Below, one piece after another: positions 15,739 through 24,771 of a DNA stretch of 64,000 bases (position 1 is its first letter; every line of letters starts with the position of its first letter). The DNA lies in IMG/VR virus record IMGVR_UViG_3300024981_000003; one strand, written 5' to 3'. Under the pieces are notes generated by a model that was not told where the DNA came from, made no database searches, and was given only the letters and a program-made list of their open reading frames with translations. The DNA is from a virus. The position numbers and the translations under genes were made by a program.

Positions 15739-16178
15739 TACGACGACACACCGATCTTGACGAGAATAGCGTGGATGAAATCCTTGATCCAAACCGGACT
15801 CGCCAACATCTGATAAATGGCCGTTCCCGATAGCGCCCACACCACCGTTTCCTTGACCGTTCCGAGAACCTTGATGAACCCGCCGATCATCTCCGCCTTT
15901 TCCGCCAGCGCCGGGAACGCCGCGAGCCACGACAGGTGTTCCCTCGGGGGGCCATGATGGCGATCGAGACGCGCCGACAGCGCCTGAATGTCCGCGTTCC
16001 GGCGAATGTTCTCCTCGGTCAGGAAATCCATCCGCCGCTCGCCCTCTTTCAAAGACGCCTTCACGTCCTGCATGTCCGCCATAATGGTTCGTGAATTGGC
16101 GGCCGTCTCGCCAAGCAGATAGGTCCAGTGTTCGTGCGGTGGTGCGCTCGGCGCGTTCGGCCATCCCATTGGCTGCAT
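15738..16178 (-). CDS. Hypothetical protein at end of lysis cassette (hydrophobic C-terminus)
   Basis: Track ORF. The likely real start is ATG 16169, with GAGGA 9 nt upstream. Confidence 0.5.
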   Translation of the reverse strand: MQPMGWPNAPSAPPHEHWTYLLGETAANSRTIMADMQDVKASLKEGERRMDFLTEENIRRNADIQALSARLDRHHGPPREHLSWLAAFPALAEKAEMIGGFIKVLGTVKETVVWALSGTAIYQMLASPVWIKDFIHAILVKIGVSS

Positions 16179-16202
16179 TCCTCGTCATGATCGCCCCGCC
16201 TG

Positions 16203-16409
16203 TCAGAGTTTCGCAAACGTGCCAGCGGGCTGGCAGCGATAGGTGTGAACCGACCACTCAGGATGCTCGGATTTCCATTTTGCGACTTCAATCTGAGCAC
16301 CGGCACCGATCTGACACTGCAACAGCGAAACATCGGCAAAGACCAAGGACACCTCCTTGCAGGAAGCGCCATGCAAGATTGAGCAGACGGCGACGACAAG
16401 TTCGATCAT
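16203..16409 (-). CDS. Hypothetical small Cys-containing protein (68 aa)
   Basis: ATG at 16409 overlaps the upstream stop (ATGA). N-terminal hydrophobic MIELVVAVCSIL. Confidence 0.45.
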   Translation of the reverse strand: MIELVVAVCSILHGASCKEVSLVFADVSLLQCQIGAGAQIEVAKWKSEHPEWSVHTYRCQPAGTFAKL

Positions 16410-16663
16410 TTGGTTGCGTCCTTTCGCGAGCATTCAGCCGGCTTCGGCCTGACGCACGTGCACAAACGCTTCGCTTCCGAGCGCCGGACGCCCTCGATCG
16501 TCTCGGTCGTGTCATGAACCGACCAGCTTTGCCTCTCCGTCAGGCGGCAGTAGTTGTCCGTCACGACGCGCACCACGGTCGGCTGTGTCGACGTTCCACA
16601 CCCCCCCTCGTTGCCCATCAGAAACGGAACCAGAGCAGCAACCAATAGCCCACGCTTTTTCAT
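16406..16663 (-). CDS. Secreted or lipoprotein-like protein, candidate o-spanin
   Basis: Signal-like MKKRGLLVAALVPFLMGNEGGC. ATGA-coupled to the upstream membrane protein. Position in the lysis cassette. Confidence 0.45.
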   Translation of the reverse strand: MKKRGLLVAALVPFLMGNEGGCGTSTQPTVVRVVTDNYCRLTERQSWSVHDTTETIEGVRRSEAKRLCTCVRPKPAECSRKDATK

Positions 16664-16965
16664 GGCTTCACCTTCCGGTCCCGACAGCTCGTCTCGGAAT
16701 TGCAGACATCCTGCAGTTCAGCCTGATCGACCGGCGTTCGCCCGATCGCGCGCGCCGCCTCGAGCGCCTTATCCAGCAGCTCGTCGGACGCCGCGTTGAT
16801 ATCGTTCGCCGTCTGAGCCACGCGGCCATTGCAGATCTTCACCTGCTTGTCCGCCTCGGTCGATACGGCGTCCGAAACGACGCTCGCCATCCGGAATTCC
16901 TGAATGCCGAAAACGACAAGAGCGCCGAGCAGAGCCCCGGCGCCCAGTTTCAGATAGTCGAACAT
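16660..16965 (-). CDS. N-terminally anchored periplasmic protein, candidate i-spanin
   Basis: ATG at 16965 with a GGGGGA SD. TM helix LGAGALLGALVVFGI followed by a charged helical domain. Confidence 0.45.
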   Translation of the reverse strand: MFDYLKLGAGALLGALVVFGIQEFRMASVVSDAVSTEADKQVKICNGRVAQTANDINAASDELLDKALEAARAIGRTPVDQAELQDVCNSETSCRDRKVKP

Positions 16966-16991
16966 GTGCCGTCCCCCAGTTGGCGACAACC

Positions 16992-17525
16992 TCAGTTGAA
17001 GAAGCCGGACATCGAAAACCCGGAACCCGCCGATGGCTTCTTTGTCTGTACGGACACCTTTGCAGATTTGCCGTTCTTCACGCGCGCCTTCACGGGCGGA
17101 GCATCCGCCGCCTTCCGCTCGAGCGCCCGTGACAGATCAGCTTTCGCCGCAGCAAGATCGCTCTGCAACGCGCCGATCGTCTTGATCTGACCCGTAATCG
17201 TCTTGGCTTGAGCCACCGCCTGACGCTGCAATCCCGGAACCTTGCGATGGCCGATCCGGTGACCGACAATGAACGCGCCCGTCAATCCCGCGCCGAGCAC
17301 GATGACAGCCGCAAGACGCTTGATCCACGTCCAGCCCTCGATGTCCGTCCAGACGTCACGGATCGCCGATCCGAGATCCTTCAGTTTTTGCCAGAACGGT
17401 TTGGCGTTTGTTCCGGCCGTCGCGTTCGACGGCCAGACCTTCTGCACCAGCGCTTTAGCGCGGCTTGCGGTCCAGACGAGCGGCGCCCAGAAAATCGCCT
17501 TGAGAAAAGCTAGAACCGTTTTCAT
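16992..17525 (-). CDS. Two-TM membrane protein, candidate holin
   Basis: ATGA overlap with the endolysin stop. TM segments VLAFLKAIFWAPLVW and LAAVIVLGAGLTGAFIV. Confidence 0.45.
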   Translation of the reverse strand: MKTVLAFLKAIFWAPLVWTASRAKALVQKVWPSNATAGTNAKPFWQKLKDLGSAIRDVWTDIEGWTWIKRLAAVIVLGAGLTGAFIVGHRIGHRKVPGLQRQAVAQAKTITGQIKTIGALQSDLAAAKADLSRALERKAADAPPVKARVKNGKSAKVSVQTKKPSAGSGFSMSGFFN

Positions 17526-18535
17526 GCGATAACTCCCTCTTCCTCTTCCTGTTGTTCGACGATGACCGCATGCTTGAACTCGATATGCCGGTAGATCTGG
17601 ACGAGAACGCACGTGATGCCGATGACGGTTGCTGCGCTCGCAATCGTGTCGGCGGCCCCGACCGTGCGACCGAGATCTGTGAAGGCCTGCACGTTCTCCT
17701 GACTCGACGACACGATATCGGGCAGCGCATTGAAGGCCGCCGAAACGAAATCACCGACAGCCTGCGTCACGGTATGGAAATGACTGGCGATCGTAATTCC
17801 GAGGCCGCTGAGCCCGACCCACGTCGACTTGGATTTGGCCGCCACCTGGGTTTTCGACGGAGTGGGCGGCGGCGGTGCCGTCATGGCCTTCGGCGCGCGC
17901 TGCGACACCACGATCGGCGCGTCAGCCGGCGCTTCGGCTGCGAGCTTCAGCGCCGTATCTCTCACGCGTTCGACGCGCGCCAGCCAGCCATTGCGATACT
18001 TAGCGTTTTTCGCGTATTTCTTGCTGGAAACGTCGCTGATCGCGATCAGATAGGCCTTGCGGGCATCCTGGTAGTTATTGATCAGATCGGACAAGCGGCC
18101 ATACGATTTGATCTTGGCGATCATGTCGTCGGTGACGGTGTTGGTCGCGGGCTTCGCACCAATTAGCGGACACAGCGTGCTTCCGATGGCGCGACCGATG
18201 CCTGAGTTCACCGAAAAGTCGACGACCGTGTAATCGATGCCGGACGGGAGATCGTCGGCGCGGCACGCGTCCCAATAGAACTTTTTGTAGATCGCGGCCG
18301 CCTTGCTCGGATCGAGCGCTTTAACGAGCGGCAGGGCCTTATCCCAATCGCCCGCGCCGCGGATCGCACGGCCCGTCTTCTTGTCTGTCTTGAGCTTCAG
18401 TCCGTACCAGCGCGCCACGTCGGCAATCGTGATGCCGCATTTGGTCGGACCGCCGTTATCGTCCGGATCATCCTCAAACGTCGTCCTCTCGTCTTTCAGC
18501 ACGCGCTGAAAGAAAAGCTCCCAATTGGCAAACAT
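17522..18535 (-). CDS. Endolysin: GH108 lysozyme plus PG_binding_3 domain with hydrophobic C-terminal extension
   Basis: FEDDPDDNGGPTKCGIT (GH108) and YKKFYWDACRADDLPSGIDYTVVDFSVNSG (PG_binding_3). ATG 18535 with a GGGGGA SD. Confidence 0.8.
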   Translation of the reverse strand: MFANWELFFQRVLKDERTTFEDDPDDNGGPTKCGITIADVARWYGLKLKTDKKTGRAIRGAGDWDKALPLVKALDPSKAAAIYKKFYWDACRADDLPSGIDYTVVDFSVNSGIGRAIGSTLCPLIGAKPATNTVTDDMIAKIKSYGRLSDLINNYQDARKAYLIAISDVSSKKYAKNAKYRNGWLARVERVRDTALKLAAEAPADAPIVVSQRAPKAMTAPPPPTPSKTQVAAKSKSTWVGLSGLGITIASHFHTVTQAVGDFVSAAFNALPDIVSSSQENVQAFTDLGRTVGAADTIASAATVIGITCVLVQIYRHIEFKHAVIVEQQEEEEGVIA

Positions 18536-18602
18536 CGTGTCCCCCAAAAATGAAACGGCCGCCCGAACAGGCGGCCGCGATCTCACGAACTGCAGAAGGG
18601 CG

Positions 18603-19796
18603 TCAGCCCTCCTTCACGAGCGACACCGAGCCGTCGACGTAGTAGTTGCCCGATCCGATATCGTTGACCTCCGTGTCGCCAAACGCGGAAGCCTGACCCG
18701 ATACGACGTAGGCTTGCAGTTCGACGACGGATGGCACACTCAGCGAAAACCACACCGACCCGACGGATGGTGCCGAGGACGCGTCCGATGCGTACGCGTC
18801 GACCGTCGTGCCCAATCCAAGCGGCGCGCCCGCCGAGACATTGTAGAGCCGCGCCCGCGTGTTCTTGGTTTTTGCGATCGCTCCAAGAAATGAGCCCCGG
18901 TACGTGCCTTTCGGCAAAATAATTTGATTTGAGCCGTTCAGGCTCGCGCCCGTGACCTGATTGATCACGATGTCGGATAGCGGCCGGCGGAACCAAGCAT
19001 TGAATGTCGTCACTGGCCGCTTGACGAGGTTGGGACGCCGCTCTTCAACCTTGAACGCCGCGCCGATCTTCGGAAGCGAAAGGTTGCCGCTCGACAGCGC
19101 AGCAACGATCGTCGCCAAGAGCTGCGCTTCCGTTACGTTGCGATGCGCATTTGATTGCACGCTAAAAAACGGAAAAAGATCACTGCCCGCTGGCGTCGCA
19201 GCGGAGAGCAAGTTGTAGGCGAGATTGGCGCGATAAACGTCGTCGATGTCGACGCCTTCGCCATCCAGCGGCACAGCCGACGGCGTTTGCGCCGCATAGG
19301 GAATAGCCCAAGGCGCGAGACGAAACGCGCCGCTGCCTCCGTCCAGCGCTTCATCGTAGACGGCAAAAACCAACCGCTCTGCCGTGATGTCTCCCGCGCC
19401 TATCAAACTGCCATCGGGCCGCAGGATCTTCTTGCTGCCAAGCCCGAACGCGTTGACGATCGAAGCGTCCGTCGACGAATGCGCCGGATAGAAGAAAACG
19501 CAGAGCCCCGTGAAGTAGGACTTCGGAGCCTGAAAAGCGTTGGTGAGCTTCAGAATATAGACGTTCGCGTTGCCGGCATCCTGACAGTACACGGCCGCCG
19601 ACGCATAGCGCGCCATTGCCTGCGCCAGCATACGCACATCGGAATCTGTTGGTGCGTTGTACGCATCCGGCGTGATGCCTGCAGTTATCACTGCATTGAC
19701 CATCTCCGCAAAGCGCCAATCGTCCTCAACGGCTTTCAGCGTACCTTCCGCGGTTCCGACACCGGCACCGTCGACTTTCGTGATGTACCTGCGCAT
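18603..19796 (-). CDS. Putative distal tail / receptor-binding protein, paralog 3 of 3
   Basis: Colinear similarity over its whole length to 19803-21002 and 21005-22207 (MLAQAMARY, YFTGL, EERRPN, YYVDG..S..KE). Confidence 0.6.
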   Translation of the reverse strand: MRRYITKVDGAGVGTAEGTLKAVEDDWRFAEMVNAVITAGITPDAYNAPTDSDVRMLAQAMARYASAAVYCQDAGNANVYILKLTNAFQAPKSYFTGLCVFFYPAHSSTDASIVNAFGLGSKKILRPDGSLIGAGDITAERLVFAVYDEALDGGSGAFRLAPWAIPYAAQTPSAVPLDGEGVDIDDVYRANLAYNLLSAATPAGSDLFPFFSVQSNAHRNVTEAQLLATIVAALSSGNLSLPKIGAAFKVEERRPNLVKRPVTTFNAWFRRPLSDIVINQVTGASLNGSNQIILPKGTYRGSFLGAIAKTKNTRARLYNVSAGAPLGLGTTVDAYASDASSAPSVGSVWFSLSVPSVVELQAYVVSGQASAFGDTEVNDIGSGNYYVDGSVSLVKEG

Positions 19797-19802
19797 CGCG
19801 AA

Positions 19803-21002
19803 TTAAGCCTCTTTGATGATGCTGATCCAGCCGTCGACATGATACGCGCCGGGGTCATTGACGCTGATGTCGGAAAGACGCCAGTCTCCGAACGATGTCG
19901 CGCCGCCCTCAAACAACCAGCTCTGAACCTCGATGGTGCTCGAGGATCCGGCCGGAATCTGAAACCACGTATTCCCAAGGGACGGTGTCGATGGCGAGTT
20001 CGTGTCGGACACATAGCTGTCTGACGCCGACCCGTTACCGAGCACCACCTGACGCGTCATGTCGACGAGCCGCGACCGATGATTGCCGCTTTGCGAGCAA
20101 ACGGCGGCCCATTCCGCGCGATAAGTCCCGGACGGCAGGCTGATCTGGTTGCCGACGAGTGCCGCGCCTGGTACCTGATTGACGACGACGTTCGAAAGTG
20201 GCCGCCTCAGCCACGTCCGGGTTGCGGCGGCGCGCCTGGTGCCGTTGGGCCGGCGCTCCTCGATTTTCAGGATTGGCGCAACCGTGATCAGCGAAACGCT
20301 CGTCAGGCCCGCTTGAATGATTGCGATCAATTCGGCCAGCGTCAGTTCGTAATGATGGCCCTTTGTCTGCGAATAGAACGAGAAGATATCCGTAAGCGCC
20401 GGAATTGCCGTGACCAATCCGGGAACGTTCAACGCGACGTGATAGGTTCCGTCGACGACTATGCCTTCACCTGAAACCGGGACCGCGGTGGGCGAAAGGA
20501 TTGAAGGCGGAACGGCCCACGGCGTGAGGCGGAATCCGCCCACCCCGCCGTCCAACTCTTCGTCATAAAATGCATCAACCAACCGGTTGGCGAAGATGTC
20601 GCCGGTCTTGATCGCGCTTCCGTCAGGTCGATAAAGAGATTTCGCGCCGAGCCCGTGTGCGTCGATGACAGACGGACCGTTTGAGGCATGCACGGGATAG
20701 AAGAGGACGCGAAGTCCCGTGAAATACGCCTTCGGCGACTGAATCTGCCCCGCGTTGCGCAAGATGTAGGAGTTTGCCGACTGTCCCGTGTCGATGCAGT
20801 ACACCGCCGCCGACACATACCGCGCCATCGCCTGCGCCAGCATTTTCAAATCGGTGTCGTCCGCATCGGGATCGTCGAGCGCGATTCCGGCCGTTGAGAC
20901 GGCTGCGGTCAATTCGCCAAAACGGACGTTGTCCTCTTCGGCATATAGAAATCCCGACGGCGCAGGTCGGCTGTTGTCGATCTTCGGCACGTAATCGCGC
21001 AT
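19803..21002 (-). CDS. Putative distal tail / receptor-binding protein, paralog 2 of 3
   Basis: See paralog 3. Lies tandem to it, 6 nt apart. Confidence 0.6.
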   Translation of the reverse strand: MRDYVPKIDNSRPAPSGFLYAEEDNVRFGELTAAVSTAGIALDDPDADDTDLKMLAQAMARYVSAAVYCIDTGQSANSYILRNAGQIQSPKAYFTGLRVLFYPVHASNGPSVIDAHGLGAKSLYRPDGSAIKTGDIFANRLVDAFYDEELDGGVGGFRLTPWAVPPSILSPTAVPVSGEGIVVDGTYHVALNVPGLVTAIPALTDIFSFYSQTKGHHYELTLAELIAIIQAGLTSVSLITVAPILKIEERRPNGTRRAAATRTWLRRPLSNVVVNQVPGAALVGNQISLPSGTYRAEWAAVCSQSGNHRSRLVDMTRQVVLGNGSASDSYVSDTNSPSTPSLGNTWFQIPAGSSSTIEVQSWLFEGGATSFGDWRLSDISVNDPGAYHVDGWISIIKEA

Positions 21003-21004
21003 CG

Positions 21005-22207
21005 TCAGCTTTCCTTCACAATCGATAGCCAGCCGTCGACGTAGTAGTTGCCCGATCCGATATCGTTGACCTCGGCATCGCCGAGGTAAGGATCATCGAC
21101 ACCTTGATCATTGGCCCAATATTGCAACTGAATGACGTGGGGCGGCCCGGCCGGAATCTGAAACCACGTCGTGCCGAGCGAAGGTGTTGACGGTGAATCC
21201 TTCTTCCCCGAGAAGCTATCCGACGCCGAGCCCGAGCCGATCATCTTCTGCGCCGTGACGTCGAAGAGCCGCGAGCGATGATTGCCGCACTTGGCAATGA
21301 CGCTGACCCAATCAGACCGGTATGTTCCGGGCGGGAGAGAGACCTGATTTCCGGAGAACGCGGAATTGGCGATTTGGTTGATGATGACATCCGAGAGCGG
21401 CCGCGCGGCCCACGCGTTATGGACGGCCTTGCGTTTCGTTAGGTTAGGCCGGCGTTCTTCGATCTGCATCGTCGGCGCGACCTGTGAGTACGAGATCGAC
21501 GGCACCGTCGCTTGCACGAGCGCAATCAGCGCTGAGAGCGAGATGATGCGATGGTGCAGGCCCGCATTCGAATAAAATGGGAATACGTCCGCCGAGACGG
21601 GCAGGCCGTGCGCCAAGCTCGGAAAGTTGAGAGAGATCTGATAGAGGTTGTCGACGGAGATGCCTTCGCCGGACGATGGAACGATGCTCGGCGCCAGGAC
21701 GGCCGCAGGTATTGCCCACGGGACAAGCCGAAACGCACCCGCGCCTCCATCGAGTGTCTCGTCGAAGAATGCATCGACGAGACGATTGGCGGCAATGTCG
21801 CCGTTACGAACCGCGCTACCATCCGGGCGAAACAATTTCTTCGAACCCAGCGAGAACGCGTTGATCGTCGAGGCGCCCGTCCCGGACGTGACGGGGTAGA
21901 AAACGACGCGCAAGCCAGTGAAGTACATTTTCGGCGGTTGAACAGCGCCGAGCGCTTTCAGGACGTAAGCGTTCGTGCCTCCGGAATCGAGACAGAATAC
22001 GGCCGACGAGGAATAGCGTGCGAAGGCCTGCGCCAGCATCTGGCGATCTTCGACATAGCCCTCCGGTGGATTGATCGGATCGGGCGTAATTCCCGCCGTG
22101 ACAACGGCATTTTTGAGTTCGGCAAACCGCGTGTTGTCTTCAAGTGCAGACAGAATGCCGGAAGGCGCCGGCGCTGTGCCGTCGACCTTGGTGACGAAAG
22201 TGCGCAT
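21005..22207 (-). CDS. Putative distal tail / receptor-binding protein, paralog 1 of 3
   Basis: See paralog 3. Lies tandem to paralog 2, 2 nt apart. Confidence 0.6.
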   Translation of the reverse strand: MRTFVTKVDGTAPAPSGILSALEDNTRFAELKNAVVTAGITPDPINPPEGYVEDRQMLAQAFARYSSSAVFCLDSGGTNAYVLKALGAVQPPKMYFTGLRVVFYPVTSGTGASTINAFSLGSKKLFRPDGSAVRNGDIAANRLVDAFFDETLDGGAGAFRLVPWAIPAAVLAPSIVPSSGEGISVDNLYQISLNFPSLAHGLPVSADVFPFYSNAGLHHRIISLSALIALVQATVPSISYSQVAPTMQIEERRPNLTKRKAVHNAWAARPLSDVIINQIANSAFSGNQVSLPPGTYRSDWVSVIAKCGNHRSRLFDVTAQKMIGSGSASDSFSGKKDSPSTPSLGTTWFQIPAGPPHVIQLQYWANDQGVDDPYLGDAEVNDIGSGNYYVDGWLSIVKES

Positions 22208-22265
22208 GAGGTCTCGTTCCCTCGCATCTCAGGGGGGCGCGGAAAAATTGACGTTCGGAGGTCGC

Positions 22266-22814
22266 TTACCAGTAGGCGTCGGACGCGTAGTCCGAGGGAA
22301 TCGGGTTCATCGCCTGCAGGGCAAAACTCGCGGCCCAGATTGGCTGGCGGGCATCCTTCGCGGAGCGCAATATGTGCTGCCACTCCATCGCGGTGATTTG
22401 AGCAGCGCCGGTATTTGTGACGATGACAGTGAAGATACCATAGGGATTGCCGAGATTTATTTCGGCTTGAGCGCTCTTGGAGACCTCATCCCAGCCAAGC
22501 ATGTCCTCAAATGTCGTGCCGATATGATGGACACCGCGCTCGTCGTTGAAATCATAGTCGAACCCGAGCGCGAGGCGCCGCGTTCGTTCCTCAACGACAT
22601 CATAGACCGTTGGCGGCGCCACGGGCGAAGGCGGCGCGTCAACGTGCGTCGTCGTGATTCCCAGGCGGATGAGATCGCTCGGTGTGGCAAGTTCGAGCCA
22701 GTTCGGCGGAAAACTCAGCGTGTCGCTCGTTCCCGGCGCCAGTTCCACTTCAAGCTGGAATGCCACTCCGGCCGAAAGCGTCTGACCGTCGGGCAGAATA
22801 TATTTTATGGTCAT
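22266..22814 (-). CDS. Hypothetical tail-fibre-associated protein (possible DUF4376-type)
   Basis: ATG at 22814 within the track ORF. C-terminal MEWQHILRSAKDARQPIWAASFALQAM pattern. Position after the fibre genes. Confidence 0.45.
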   Translation of the reverse strand: MTIKYILPDGQTLSAGVAFQLEVELAPGTSDTLSFPPNWLELATPSDLIRLGITTTHVDAPPSPVAPPTVYDVVEERTRRLALGFDYDFNDERGVHHIGTTFEDMLGWDEVSKSAQAEINLGNPYGIFTVIVTNTGAAQITAMEWQHILRSAKDARQPIWAASFALQAMNPIPSDYASDAYW

Positions 22815-22824
22815 CGCGATCCTC

Positions 22825-23517
22825 TTATCGGAACGTCGCAAATAGCGCGCAACGACCCGCGCTTGATGTGTTCGACCACGTACAGCTCGCGGCGAGAGAC
22901 GGGATGCTGATTTCTGAGGTCAGCATCGCGCTGGTCGTTGATCCAACGGACGATATGTTTTGAGATTGCGTGCGAGCCAGCGTCAGTCCTGTCCACGTCA
23001 CTGACGGCGACGTCACACCTCCGCAGTACGCAAAGCCGAGCCCAAAACCTCCTGCCGGGATATTCATCGTTGCGGTCGCGGGCGCAGCGGTCGATAGGAC
23101 CGGCGTGCTCGTCGGCGTGATCGACTGCAAATCCGCGACGCTGAAAATCTGCACCGCGCCGCCATGCATGGCAGCGGAAAATACCACGGAGATCGTACCA
23201 GACACGCCGCTATCAAGCTTCAGAGCCCAGAACTCGACGACGCCGGACGTGGCCGTGTTTTGCGACCGACATCCGGGAATGAGTGTCGCCGCATTGCCAA
23301 AGACAGTGACCGAGGAGACGGTCCGGCCGCTGCTCGTGCTGTATCCCATGACGGCGACGATCAGCCATCGTCCGGCGAATGCGGGCGTCGGCAGCGTCGT
23401 CGTGAAGCTGTAGGTTGTCAGGTCCGAGTTGGAAATCTGCACATCTTGGAATGTCGGAATGGCAGGCGGCGGCGCGATGCCCATGAGCATCGGATTGAAC
23501 ATGCCCGGCAAGCTCAT
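22825..23517 (-). CDS. Fibre-cassette protein C' (230 aa), paralog of 53821-54522
   Basis: ATG at 23517. Ser/Thr/Gly-rich beta-type sequence, similar in length and pattern to 53821-54522. Confidence 0.55.
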   Translation of the reverse strand: MSLPGMFNPMLMGIAPPPAIPTFQDVQISNSDLTTYSFTTTLPTPAFAGRWLIVAVMGYSTSSGRTVSSVTVFGNAATLIPGCRSQNTATSGVVEFWALKLDSGVSGTISVVFSAAMHGGAVQIFSVADLQSITPTSTPVLSTAAPATATMNIPAGGFGLGFAYCGGVTSPSVTWTGLTLARTQSQNISSVGSTTSAMLTSEISIPSLAASCTWSNTSSAGRCALFATFR

Positions 23518-23519
23518 CG

Positions 23520-24314
23520 TTAGCTCCACGCTTTCGAAAGCGAGGTGCGGACATAGGTCGTCGACACCACGTGGTAGTCGATGAAATCGTATGCGCCGGG
23601 CGCCGTAGATAGCACTCCAACCACACCCCCGACCCATTTGTAGTACGACCCGAACGCCAACGTCCGCGAACCGGTGCCATCCTGTACAATCAGGAATGTC
23701 CCCTTCTGACCGGCGACGAGATTGGTTGGATTCGCCAGCGTGCGGGCGCCGCCAATAGCAAGATAGAAATCAATTCCGGCCGAAAAATCAGGCGTGACCG
23801 TCGCGCCGTCGACGAGAGATACGAGCCCCATCGCGCTCAAGGCGACGGCCGGGGACACAGACTTGTTCGCACTCTTGGCCCGATAGGCTGCGACGTCTGC
23901 AAAATCGACGCTGAGCGTGCGATCTGCCTGAAGATCTCCGCCGCCGAGCAGGCCGGTGCCAGACGCCACCTGCCGTGACGTTTGGACTGACGACTGAATG
24001 AGATTGATTAATGCCGCCGGCGCGTCGCAGAAGACGCTCTTGATGCCAGCCGAAAAACTGACGAGCGCGTTCGCATTCGACGATGCCAGGACCGTTGAGC
24101 GGACGAGCGTCCAGGGTGTGCCAGCCGCAAGTTGCCCAAGGCCTACTTCCCACTCCGACGTGCCGGGATTTTCGATCCCGTAGTAGCAGGTATTGCCGGT
24201 CGCAAACGCCGCGCTGAATGCGCGGAATCCGATCTGCGCTCCGCCGAGCGAGATCGTACCCGTGCCAGTGCCCGACCACGTCTCGAGGACGCGGTCCGCA
24301 AATGAAACTGCCAT
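23520..24314 (-). CDS. Putative tail fibre protein (264 aa)
   Basis: ATG at 24314 with a GAGGGA SD. Gly/Ser/Thr-rich. Position distal to the baseplate genes. Confidence 0.55.
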   Translation of the reverse strand: MAVSFADRVLETWSGTGTGTISLGGAQIGFRAFSAAFATGNTCYYGIENPGTSEWEVGLGQLAAGTPWTLVRSTVLASSNANALVSFSAGIKSVFCDAPAALINLIQSSVQTSRQVASGTGLLGGGDLQADRTLSVDFADVAAYRAKSANKSVSPAVALSAMGLVSLVDGATVTPDFSAGIDFYLAIGGARTLANPTNLVAGQKGTFLIVQDGTGSRTLAFGSYYKWVGGVVGVLSTAPGAYDFIDYHVVSTTYVRTSLSKAWS

Positions 24315-24340
24315 CGCAGAAATCCCTCGAACAGCCGAAT

Positions 24341-24748
24341 TTAGGCGTTGGCTTCGACAATGCCCCACGAGGTAATGTTGACCGTCTGGCCGGCGCTGAA
24401 GGTCACGTTGTCGACCGTCGCATCGCCACCGCCGCCAGTCGCCGTTACCGTGCCCTGCATGTGGCAAGTCGCGCCGTCGGACGCATAAATGCGGTAGTAG
24501 CCGACATCACCGCCTGCCGACGCCGTTGTTGACAGCGGCGTCGCGGACAGCGACTTCGTTCCGCCTGACGCATTGGCCGCCCAATCCGATCCCAAATTCC
24601 ATTGCGCGAGCAACGTGCCGGTATCGGCCGCCGCACAGTTCGCCGGCGGCGCGCCCGTGAACATCTTGATCTTGGCGGAGGTGCCAACGAGTGTTTCGAT
24701 AGCATCAAGACGCGCGTTGCGAAGCGCGGTCGACATCTGGATCGTCAT
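24341..24748 (-). CDS. Fibre-cassette protein A' (135 aa), paralog of 55285-55704
   Basis: MTIQMSTALRNARLDAIE...YRIYASDGATCHMQGTVTATGGGGD aligns with MTLQYSTAVRNAKLDAVE...FRIYDSGDTTCHMQGSVSASGGGGD. Confidence 0.6.
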   Translation of the reverse strand: MTIQMSTALRNARLDAIETLVGTSAKIKMFTGAPPANCAAADTGTLLAQWNLGSDWAANASGGTKSLSATPLSTTASAGGDVGYYRIYASDGATCHMQGTVTATGGGGDATVDNVTFSAGQTVNITSWGIVEANA

Positions 24749-24771
24749 GAAATGCCCCTTGAGAGTAAGGT

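Noticed and set aside
18603-22207. Diversity-generating retroelement targeting the triplicated receptor-binding-like genes
   Set aside because: No reverse transcriptase ORF or template/variable repeat pair with adenine-specific differences could be found anywhere in the window.
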